A stretch of DNA of 64,000 nt from Heteronotia binoei (lineage: Eukaryota). The notes beneath the pieces were generated by a model. That model made no database searches, was not told where the DNA came from, and saw only the letters and a program-made list of their open reading frames with translations. The stretch lies in the NCBI RefSeq assembly GCF_032191835.1, contig NC_083237.1, forward strand, positions 29,946,001-30,010,000, written 5' to 3'. Position 1 is the stretch's first letter, and every line of letters begins with the position of its first letter. This document shows, piece after piece, positions 1 to 10,700 of this stretch. Both the position numbers and the translations under genes were made by a program.

Positions 1-261
1 GGGGATACACCCCCCCACCCCAGCAATAAATTTTTCCGGGTTGGGGGGGCAGGGAGATGTGCTATGCTTCTGCCAGTGCAAAATGGCATCCAACATGCAT
101 GCAAGGAATGTATATGGTTTGCACACAAATATGCAAATTAAAAAGAACAACAGCAAAACCGAGTTGAAATAAGATTTTAGGAAACTGCTGGGGAAAAGTA
201 GGGACAGCAACAGTTACTGAAAGGAAGCTGTGAGGAAGCCAAGAAATATAACCAGATCAAG

Positions 262-392
262 TTAGATTCAGGCGGGTAGCCATCTTGGTCACAAGCAGCA
301 GAATAAAGTTAGAGTCCAGTGGCACCTTTAAGACCGACAAAACTTTATTCAAAGTATAAGCTTTTTTGTGCAAGCACATTTCTTCAGATAAA
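262..392 (-). mobile_element. Penelope-like pLTR fragment with decayed hammerhead core
   Basis: Reverse strand TATCTGAAGAAATGTGCTTGCACAAAAAAGCTTATAC followed by the AATAAAGTTTTG..GGTCTTAAAGGTGCCACTGGACTC tail shared with copies at ~14772, ~17283 and ~43734. Confidence 0.6.
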
Positions 393-1399
393 AGGTGGAA
401 TAAAATCTCCTCATCAAGGATAAGGTGGCCGGTAAGATCAATGAATGGCAGCAAATTAGCACGTAAATGCAAGAGCTAACAAAGAAAGAGATGAGAGAAG
501 GAAGCTAGAGTCTTGGGACTGCAATGTTGCAGGCACTCTGATACTGTGCTTAGCCTCAGACTTGTGGGGGGGAGGGTTATGAGTGAGTCAGAGAGACAGC
601 GTAAAGTCCTTCACTTTCAGTACCTTTGGCTGAGGCCTTCTCTGGAGTACTTAGTCTAAGTTAACTCTTAACTCAGCCCTCTCTGAGACTCTTCTGTTCC
701 CATCAGGCTCCCAGACCTATGAAGAGATGAATGGAACCTTGAGCCCCACGCCCAGCAAAGGTTTCCATACAAGCAATGAAGAGGGTGAGTGCCAACACTC
801 CAGGGTTCTCTGGGCTGAAATACCACAGGTGATGCTTTCCCCATCCCTCTACTTGCACACTGCAGAAACCTATCCATACTACAACTCTGTCTGAAACAAA
901 GGAAAATTTTGCAGCTGATTGACACCTCCAACCATTCCCGGTCCTGGAAACTGGGTTGCCAGCTCTGAGTTGGGGAATTCCTGGAGATTTGGGGGTAGCA
1001 CCTGGGGAGAACAGAGCTTGGGGAAGGGAGGGAACTCAGCGGGGATGTGATGTCAGAGGCCACCTTCTGAAACCGACCTCTGTAGTCTGAAGATGAGCTA
1101 TGATTCCAAGAGAACTCCAGCCAGCACCTGGAGATTGGCAACACTACCTATAAAATATGTTTAAGGAGTTGGGATTGAGGGTTGGGTCCATCTCTGACCA
1201 AGTGCCTCCTGCAGATGCTGATTCCTACGAAAACATGGAGAGCCCCAACTCCTTCAGTTTACCAAAGGAAAGCAGCCTGGATTTACAAGGGGAAGGTAAG
1301 TGAGTAGGACCAAAGTTCTGGGACTGGAAGGAAGGGTGCTGACAAGATAAGAATGCAGTGTTGCAGGCACTTTGATATTGTGCTCCTTCTAATATCTCT

Positions 1400-1830
1400 T
1401 TTAAGCAGCACATTTACCTGGTACTGAGTATGGGTGAAGGAAGTTCTATGGCACCCATGGGCAGTTTTGCAACCTTGCTAGACTGTGTGAATTGGGAATT
1501 TCACTAGGTATTACCCACATACCCAAGGCCCTTTTTTCATACACAGAATTAGAAACCTGTATTCTTTTATAAAATAAATTAAAACTGATACTGTACAGAT
1601 GGTGAATTCTGTACCCAAGTTCTAGATTTGCAGAGCATTACAATATTCATGTAGTCTTAGTCTTTTTAGGATGAGCAGCAAAGATTTTTTTTTCAAAGTG
1701 CATGTTTTTTTCAGCTGATAATTCGCATAATCTCTTTCACAGGAGCTGCCTTTGGTTCTGTGCGGCAAAATCTTTCCATTTCTTTTGGGGCTGATCTCTA
1801 AGGTAGTGCTTAGTCTACAACAAGCCAAGG
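1400..1830 (-). mobile_element. Possible heavily decayed L1 ORF1 remnant
   Basis: Weak, stop-riddled similarity (FEKKIFAAHP, FYKRIQV..YEKR) to L1 ORF1 motifs. Not convincing without an alignment. Confidence 0.25.
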
Positions 1831-3663
1831 CAGAGAGCCCAGATGGGGAGCTGGGTGGTCTACAATTCCTCTTTTCTCTCAGGCTAAAGTGATGTCACCG
1901 ACTTTGGGAAAAGGCACTCTGCTCTTTGCAACATCTTGGCACCCTGGATCCTCCTGGAGCAGAGGGGTAGGAAAGTAATTTGATAATGATGGGAGATTGA
2001 ACTCCAGCATGGTTTGATCCTCAGCATGGAAAGCAGCATGGAGTCTTCCATTCCTGAGTGGGAGGCAGGAGGGACTGACTTGGAGACAGTTTTGACAAAG
2101 CTGAAAGTAATCAGAGAGGCGGGGCTTCCAATTGTATATGTACAGACATTTCCTTTGTCCTCCTGTCACAGCTGGCTAAAGTTTCTTACAGCAAGAAAGA
2201 AACATGTTTATCGATATGTCTTGAGTAGTGACATATCGATATGTAGTTTATCGATATGTCTTGAGTCACCTGAGTAGTGAGCCTGTCTGTTGTAGATTCG
2301 TATCCATTCCTTTTTGGCCAGATGTACTACTACCTCAGGGAATGCACCTAAAGAGCAATCAGTTCTTTCATGCTTCAGCATAAATTAACTGTTCAGGATT
2401 CCAGTTGTTTGGCCCAGGTGACAATCACAAAACTGCCTCCCTCCTTCCCACTTGTCAAGTTGGTTTATAGCTGTGTTGGTCCAAATGCAAGCCCAAAAGC
2501 CAGAAATATCATCCACACAGAACACCTTTGTTAGATTCAGTTCAGTGCCACATCACAGTATGCAAGCTATGAAGTTCCCTAGAACTCAGGGAGTCACTCC
2601 TAGTAGACAATACTGACCTTGATTGGCCAATGACTGATTAACTCCAGTACCCTGTGTTCCTTGTTAACTGATTCAATAGAAGGCAGCTTCATGTGTGGGC
2701 TTATAAATAATTAATGGGCCTTTTAAAAAGAAGGTCATCCGGTCAATATTTAACCTCATGAATTTGCTAGGTGCCTAAATATTTTTTTAAAGCTGCATGC
2801 AGCCTGGGGTTGGTGGATGATGAAAAAGAGGACATCTGCGCAAAAGCTGCAGGCAGATCGGTCATGAGGAAAGGCCGGAGGCAGAAGCAGAGCAGAAAAG
2901 GCTGCATCAGTACATGTAGATAGGGGTGTGTACAGAAGCAGCTATCAAAACCTACAGTGGGATGAGTGTGCACAGATCTACAGCAATCTCTTTTTCAAAC
3001 TGCCTTCAGCTCTCTGGAAAAAATGCATATTGTCTGTCTTTGTTGATGGATTTCTCTGTGGGATGTGGCTTTTGTATACATATTCATACTGAGGGTAAGT
3101 TGCCATGGAGTTCTGCCCTGACTTTATTTCCCCTGCTGCGGCCTGCTTTGAAAGGCTCACATGTCTTGTACAATAAAAAAATGTTCTATTTAACTCTGTT
3201 GTCTTCTTAGACCATTTGTTGCTTACCTATTTCCTCACTGAAGCAAAGCCGGTTTTGATATTTTGTGGGTGAATTGGACAGGAGGTGATCAGGTCCCTCC
3301 AGGTCTACGTTTTTCTTGGTCATGTGATAATAAAGAATTCCCCTGAGGCATGGACAAAGGGTTTTTGGTTACCATCCATAACCACAGCCAGCCTCAACAC
3401 TGCTGAGATGCTAGGGGGTTGTAGATTGTAGGGGGTTGAGATGCTAGGGGGTTGTAGGGCATTTCTGATTTCTTACAGTTATCTACTGTCTGGCTGTAGA
3501 TTTGTTTGCTCCAGCAGTGAAAAGCAGTGCTCAGTGACAGAACACAGTAAAAGGCTGGGTCCATTCAGTTTGTCACAGTTGGATATTTATTTTTTAAATT
3601 TTATAACATGTATTCTGTCATTAAAGGGCTTCAATGGTATATTCATTTACTTTGCAATAAGCC

Positions 3664-3705
3664 TGTTTCTGCCATTGATTTAAAAGACTGTATTCACCTT
3701 TCTTG

Positions 3706-3749
<44 letters not shown>

Positions 3750-3816
3750 CTGGGGCTCTAGGGGGACTGTTCTTTGTTTCTGCCATTGATTTAAAAGACT
3801 GTATTCACCTTTCTTG

Positions 3817-3860
<44 letters not shown>

Positions 3861-3885
3861 CTGGGGCTCTAGGGGGACTGTTCTT
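3664..3885 (+). repeat. Perfect 111-bp tandem duplication containing a (CA)n microsatellite
   Basis: Units start at 3664 and 3775; both carry a 37-nt CA tract of identical length. Confidence 0.9.
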
Positions 3886-4755
3886 TGAGACAGAGGCACC
3901 AAATTTGCAGCCTAGCATCCGATGCCTCTCCTCAAAACACCCTCCAAGTTTCAAAAAGATTGGACCGGGAGTCCAATTCTATGAGCCCCCAAAGAAGGTG
4001 CCTCTATCTTTCATTATTTCCAATGGAGGGAAGGCATTTAAAAGGTGTGTGGTCCCTTTAAATGTGATGGCCAGAACTCCCATTGAAGTTCAATTATGCA
4101 TGCCACAACGTTGCTCCTGCCTCCGCCCCCAATGTCTCCTGGTTCCACCCCCAAATATTTATTGAATTGGACCTGGCAACCCTAGTCATCCAGCAACTTT
4201 CCATGGCAGAAGGGAGACTTGACTTAATTTCTCCCATATTCTAGTCCGATACTAACACATTGAAATGACTGTAAACACCTGAGATGGTCTGGCAAGACTG
4301 CCCATTCCCAGCGGGAGACCTTCTCTTCAATGATGTGAATTGGGCCAGTTGCTATTCTAGCAGACGGCCGGGTCTCCCGGGGCAGGGGGCACGAATGCTA
4401 TTCGGTACGGGAGAAGAGAGGCAGGCAGCCCCGCCCACCCCGCAGTTTCCTGCAAGGAAACACACGAACTTCTTGGCGTCAGCAGAACAGCTGAAATCTT
4501 CCTTTACAAAAAGTAGTACGCTGAAGCGAAAACGCAGCGAGAAGGCAAGGGGGCTGCTCAGAGAAAGCAAACGAATGAAAATGAAATAACGGGCTGGAGG
4601 ATGCATGCAAACGTTTGGGTTTCACAGAACTTATCCTCGCCGCGTTCACTGTCGTATGAACTAGGGCCTTAGTGGAAGGTGCTGATCTCGGCCGAACTCG
4701 CACTCGGGGCTGCAGCAATTGGTTGATTTCCCGAAAGCATCCAGTGGTTTCTGTT

Positions 4756-4773
4756 AGGAAACGAAACTGAAAC
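4756..4773 (+). promoter_or_regulatory. ISRE/IRF-binding element upstream of the IgSF gene
   Basis: AGGAAACGAAACTGAAAC has three GAAA cores with 1- and 2-nt spacing and ends 18 nt before the ATG. An inverted CCAAT (ATTGG) lies near 4718, in CpG-rich sequence. Confidence 0.7.
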
Positions 4774-4791
4774 GGCACTGCCGCCGCCGCC

Positions 4792-7700
4792 ATGCGGGGA
4801 TCCCGTCGAACCTTCCCGTGTCTTCTGCTGCTCTTGCAGCAGTCTGCTTGTAAGTAGAGTAGAGGTTGCTTCCTGCCCTCCACACGGAGGGGAGCACGCA
4901 GCTTGCTCTGGCTAGTGGGAATCGAAGCGGGCTGCTGCCTGCCGCTGCAGTGGTTGGGCGCGCGAGTCAAAATATTTGGACAACCTGCGTACTCCCCCCA
5001 CCCTCGCGGGAGAAGAGGGATCTAAGGGGGCAGGCACAAGAGGGAAGGGCTGGAGACCGCAAGAAAAGCATTTGGTTGTATTTCTCCTGGGGGGTGAAGA
5101 GAAATTATTAGGCTTTAGCCAGTACTTCCAGTCTAAACTGTGGAGTCAAAATTCTACTTTGTGAGCTACTAGCATTAAAAGTTGTGAGCTCCTACATAAA
5201 TTAGTTTCCTCTGGGACCATTTTTCCTAAGGTTGCCAAGTCCAATTCAAGAAATATCTGGGGACTTTGGGGGTGGAGCCAGGACACATTGAAGTGGAGCG
5301 AAGATCAAGGCTATGACAAGCATAATTGAACGCCAAAGGCAGTTCTGGCCATCACATTTAAAGGGATGGCACACCTTTTCAATTCCTTCCTTCCATAGGA
5401 AATAATGGATAGAGGCACCTTCTTTTGGGGCTGACAGAATTGGACCCCCTGGTCCATTCTTTTTGAAACTTGGGGGGTATTTTGGGGAGAGGCACTAGAT
5501 GCTATACTGAAATTTTGGTGCCTCTACCCCAAAAAACACCCCCCCCCCGGATACCCACGGATCAATTCTCCATGATTTTCTATGGAAATAAATCTCCATA
5601 TGGAATAATAGAGTTCCCAGCAGACATTTCCCTCCCTCCCCCCCGCTTTCTGATGACCCTGAAGTGGGGGGAGGGCCTCCAAACCGGGGGATCCCCTGCC
5701 CCCACCTGGGGATTGGCAACCCTAATTTTTCCTGAGCGAAGGCAAAAACGGGTGAGCCGGGGCTAAAAAAACCTGTGAGCTAGCTCACACTAACTCAGCT
5801 TCGAGGAAACAGGGTCAGAGGAAAATGCTTCACTAAAGGGAGCTGACCTGTTGCAGTTGTTCATATCAGCAGGAGGCCAGAAGAGCTGCAACAGGCGCCT
5901 GTTTCTGTCACATAGACCTCATGAACGACCAGCTAAGTGTGGTTAGCTGGGGGTGCTGGACTTTTGCTCCCTCGGCTGTGGTCTTCATTTTACCCTGTCT
6001 GAGGGGGAGAAAGAGCATGGCGCCTGCCTTCAGTGGGGCACAGTGGATGGGTTGGGACAAGGTGAACAAGGGAGCCACATTTACCTGTGCTGCAGGCAGC
6101 CTGAGGTGTGTTTTGTATGGGATGTTTCCCCCTTGGAAATATATTTTTTTAAAAACAAGCCATGAACAGAAAGGGAGGGAGCCAGAGCCTTTAAGTTCCA
6201 CCGTAGCATTCGAAAGGCTTATTTAAACTGATTGCTGTAGGGAAAGGTTTTGTTGTTCAGTCACACAGTCGACTCAGACTCTTTGCAACCCCATGGACCA
6301 AGTTACGCCAGGCCCTCCTGTCTTCCGCCATCCTCAAATTCATGTTAGGTAGCTACATTGTATTAGAGCAGGGGTGGCCAAACTGGCTTCACATGAAAGC
6401 CACCTAGAATAGATGCCAGATGTTTGAGAGCTGTGGTGGAGGTGCTTGAAGGCCACCCCCACATGGACAGCTGGGCTTGGACTCAACCATTGGTGCCCTC
6501 ACTTCCCCCTGTGCAGGAGGAGCCAGTGAGCAAATCATATCACTGCTGGCTGGGGCTGAGCAAAGTGGTCCCTTGTAGCATTACTTGCATGTGGGACCAC
6601 CTGGTGTACCTTGTTCCTTGGCTATTTGCATAGCCTGCTCCTGCAGAACCCTTCTCTTTCTTTTTCAGGGGCAGTTCTGAGGGTGTCAGTGCCCTTGTCG
6701 CCAATCCGTGCCTTGCCGTCCTCTGATCAGCGGCTGCCGTGTAACTTCTCAGACCCTTTGAAGCCCATAAACCTGCGTAACTTGGCTGTAGTGTGGAAAA
6801 GAGGCACAGAGAAAATTGCTGAGTATTTAGGCCGCTTTGAGGCAATGAGGCAAGGGGCAGAGATGTCAGTGGAGCGGCTGCAAGTGGGTGATGCTTCTCT
6901 GCTGCTCCCACAATTACAGGATTCAGATTCTGGTGTCTATACCTGTGTTGTTATTTTCACACCTGATAAAGATGAGGGGAGATTTGAATTGAAGTTGGAA
7001 GGTAAGAGAAAAAATAGCTGAGGAGGCCAGTGTTCTCTAAGGAGCTCTTTCTCCCATACGATGCGTACCTCTCCAGACAATTAGATGTTTGGAAGAGGTG
7101 CTACCAGAGAATTAATTTGAGGAAGGTAATGGTAGCAGCTCTACAGAGCTAACTTCTCTGTGGCAGCTCTACAGATACAAAATGCCGACTGTCTGCTCCC
7201 CTAGGTTCCTCTGAAGTTGAGCAGGATTGAAAACATACGTGATAACTAAGGGCCCTCCTTTCTCCAGAGTAGCCCACCTTGTCCACTGCTAGGGGATATG
7301 GTAACTACATATCAAGTCAAACCCAGGACTGGTCAGCGTTACTGACTGTTTGTTCTAAATGGCAGCTTCCCAGAGTCCCTGACAAACAAGGATGTCTCCC
7401 AACTCCTGGACCCTCAAGGCTAATTCATGAGTTATGAAGGCCTTGTGTACCCTGTGTGGCTGGTCTCAGAGCATGTGGCCTAGGAGTTGGAATTTATTTC
7501 TCAGTGGTGCTCAGACCTGATTCAGATTGAGACCATAGAGGGAGGGGGTTTCAGCCTTCCATCCAGAGCTGTAGCCAGGATTTCATGTTTGGTGGGGCCC
7601 ACAGCACAATTCGTTGTTTGGGGGAGGCCAGGGGGGCACCCGGTTTGGTGGCCCTGGGTTCCCATCACTGTAAGCTGCCTTGTGTTCCACAAGCTAACCC

Positions 7701-10700
7701 CTCTTTGCCTGGGCAGTCACAGCAGCTCTGCTCCCCCCACCCTTTTCTTATGTGCCCCTCTCTCAGAGACAGAGACCTCTTGGCTCTCCCCCCCGCCCCC
7801 ACCCCACACACTGTGTTAGAGAAGGGGAGAGAGAAAAGCGAAAAGACCAGCAGCAATGATACTGCTTGTTCAGAGTGCCGGTGAGCAAAGGGGACAGATT
7901 GGGGGCCCTCCAATGGAGGGACCATATAGTTCAAAGGGGGGGGGGGGTTGAAAGGATGGGCCTGGCCCCACTGGGCCACACTGTAGCTACGGGTCTGATC
8001 CTGTGCCATTTTTGCAACCTAAAACTGTCCCAGGGAGCCACCATTTGCCTTGCTGAAGACACTTACATGGTAGTTTATCAGTATATGTGAGGCATCCCGA
8101 TGGGGCAAATAACCTGCCTCTAGGATCATACCAAGTTATGAAATGATGTGTGTGTGGGGGGGAAGGGGGGCAGATTTAAGCTACTTTAGTGGGAGGGAGG
8201 CTTTAGTCCTCTTTTCCTGGATCTCATGGTCCCAAGCTGATTCAGGCCCACTGTGTCTAGGGAATGAAATTCCAAGCATGCAACTCCAGATGCACATCCA
8301 ATCCACAAGACCTGGGGGGACACAAGGCCTTTATAATGCATGAAGCTGGCCCTGGGCACCTTTAAATGGTGATAGTGGTATGATGGATGGAGACCTTCTG
8401 TGCACAGAGCATATGCTTTGCCACTGAGCCATGGCACCTTCCAAGGGTGGAATTCTAGCAGGAGCTTCTTTACATATTAGGCCGTATCCTCCTGGAGCTT
8501 ACAAGGCTCTTTTTTGTAAGGTCCTGGAAGATTGGCTACATCAGGGGTGTGTGGTCTATTATGCAAAAGAGTTCCTGCTAGAATTCCACCCTGAAGGCAT
8601 CTTAAATTCCAGCAGGTCTTCGGTAGTGCCTGAAAGGTGCCTTTTTAACAACCCCTGTTCTTGGCGTTATTTATGATTGCCATTTCTAACATCCAGTGTC
8701 TTTTATTGACATTAAATATATATTCTATATGTTATGCATAGCTTGAAGCACTTTACTGAGGAGTGATGATGACTTTCATATTTAAAGGTTTTCACCAGTT
8801 TTGTAAGGTCCCCAAATTGCTGTGTAAACAAAGCTTGCTTAGAGTTAGAGCTTCCTTGCAAGCTTAGGGTAGAGATGAGAATGATGCCCATACTCCACAC
8901 AATATACTAGTTCTCATGGTTCTTCATTGCTGGAGGTGAAGTGAAGGAAGAGGCCCCTTTGGATATTTCTTGAGAGGATTAGAATTGGGCAGTCCAAAGG
9001 GAAATATGGTGGAATGAACTGTCCTGCTCACCTCCAAACTAAGCTGCAGTGATGGATCCAGACTGGAGATGTTACTGAACCGTGTAGCCTCAATCCTTCA
9101 ACTCAGCCCCTTCCCCATTGTCATTTCTGCTTTTCCTGGCTATTTTATTTGGATGCATTTGATGCATTGTCTATTCCCTGCAGTGACTGTTCCCCATCAT
9201 GTTTATGCATGTTACTGTTATTTTTGCATAATTTGCAGATACATATAATGGCTTAAAACTTTTGCAACACTGCCCCCCCACCAAGAAAAGGAAAATCTAG
9301 CAATGAAAATCATTAAAATGTAAAGGCTGACACCCACCAGTGAAAACCAAAAAGAGCATCTTTGACCGTTATGTGGTCGAAGGCTTTCACGGCCAGAGTT
9401 CATTAGTTGTAGATTTTCTGGGCTGTATGGTTGTGGTCTTGGCATTGTGAGACCTGACGTTTCACCAGCAACTGTGACTGGCATCCTCAGAGGTATAACC
9501 CAGAAAACTGGAGTTCTTTCTGGGTCCCAGAGACCTCCAGATTTCTGGGTTATATCTCCGAGGATGCCAGTCACAGTAGCTGGCGAAACATCAGGTCTCA
9601 TAATGCCAGGACCACGGCCATACAGCCTGGAAAAATCTACAACAACTAATCTTTGACCATTGCTACTCAGGAGAGAATGGGAAGGCTCTGGGGCTGAGAG
9701 AGGGCTTCAGGTGGGTCTCTGGTGGATGAGATCTTCTCCTAACTTTCCTCTCTGCCTCCAGCTGAGCCATGCATAGCACTTGGATCCACAAAGCTGCAGC
9801 TGGCCAGTCAAGGTGCTGTCACATGTACGATATCTGGTTTTTACCCTGGTGATATCTCTGTGGAATGGCTGAAAAATGGTGCGGTTATAAAAGGCCCCCA
9901 AACATCTGTTCACCAGGACAGTCAGAATGGCCTATACAATGCAAGCAGCATCTTGGAACTCACACCAGACATTGCTGATGCGAATGCCAACTTCTCCTGC
10001 CAGGTCAGACACCGATCGCTCGAAGGCCCACTCAAAGAAAACTTTCAACTGCAATTGCAAGGTAAGGGGGAGCCTTTCCAGAGGAACACTGAAGACCCGG
10101 CACTTTCCTTCCATCCATACTCCAAAAACTAGGAGCCTTGACTCACAACTGCTTATCCAACTATTACAATCTGTTCCTCAAAAGCATGAAAGTACCAGCT
10201 TAGCCCACACCTTTGCTCTTCCCAGCTAGGCTGCCACCCCATAAAAGAGGAAAATCATCAGAACTGCCTTGTAGGGTCACCCTGACATCTTCCCAGATCC
10301 TGGTCCTATGGCGTCTATATAGGTGGGGAGTAGTGTTATTGCTTCTCCTTAGGATGCACCTTAGAGGATCCCATCCTCCCATTCCTCTCCTGATGCATAA
10401 GAACATAAGAGAAGCCATGTTGGATCAGGCCAACGGCCCATCAAGTCCAACACTCTGTGTCACACAGTGGCAAAAAATGTTATATACACACATACACTGT
10501 GGCTAATAGCCACTGATGGACCTGTGCTCCATATTTTTATCTAAACCCCTCTTGAAGGTGGCTATACTTGATGCCTCTTGTAATGCTCTCTTAACAGGAA
10601 TTTAAAAGAAGAAGAAGGTGGTATTGGATTTATATCCCACTTTATACTCTGAATCTCAGTCTCACAGCAGTCACAAACTCCTTTACCCCCCCCCCAAAAA

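Larger units (their letters stand above)
9400..9650. mobile_element. Penelope-like element-derived inverted repeat (~250-nt hairpin) in IgSF intron 2
   Basis: Arms 9400-9513 and 9535-9650 are reverse complements with scattered mismatches. Each arm carries a hammerhead motif. Confidence 0.75.

Noticed and set aside
2767-3210. Short ORFs upstream of the IgSF gene
   Set aside because: No recognisable domain and no consistent splice-site ladder.
3608-4165. 185-aa ORF with THTHTH repeats
   Set aside because: Produced by the duplicated CA microsatellite plus MITE sequence.
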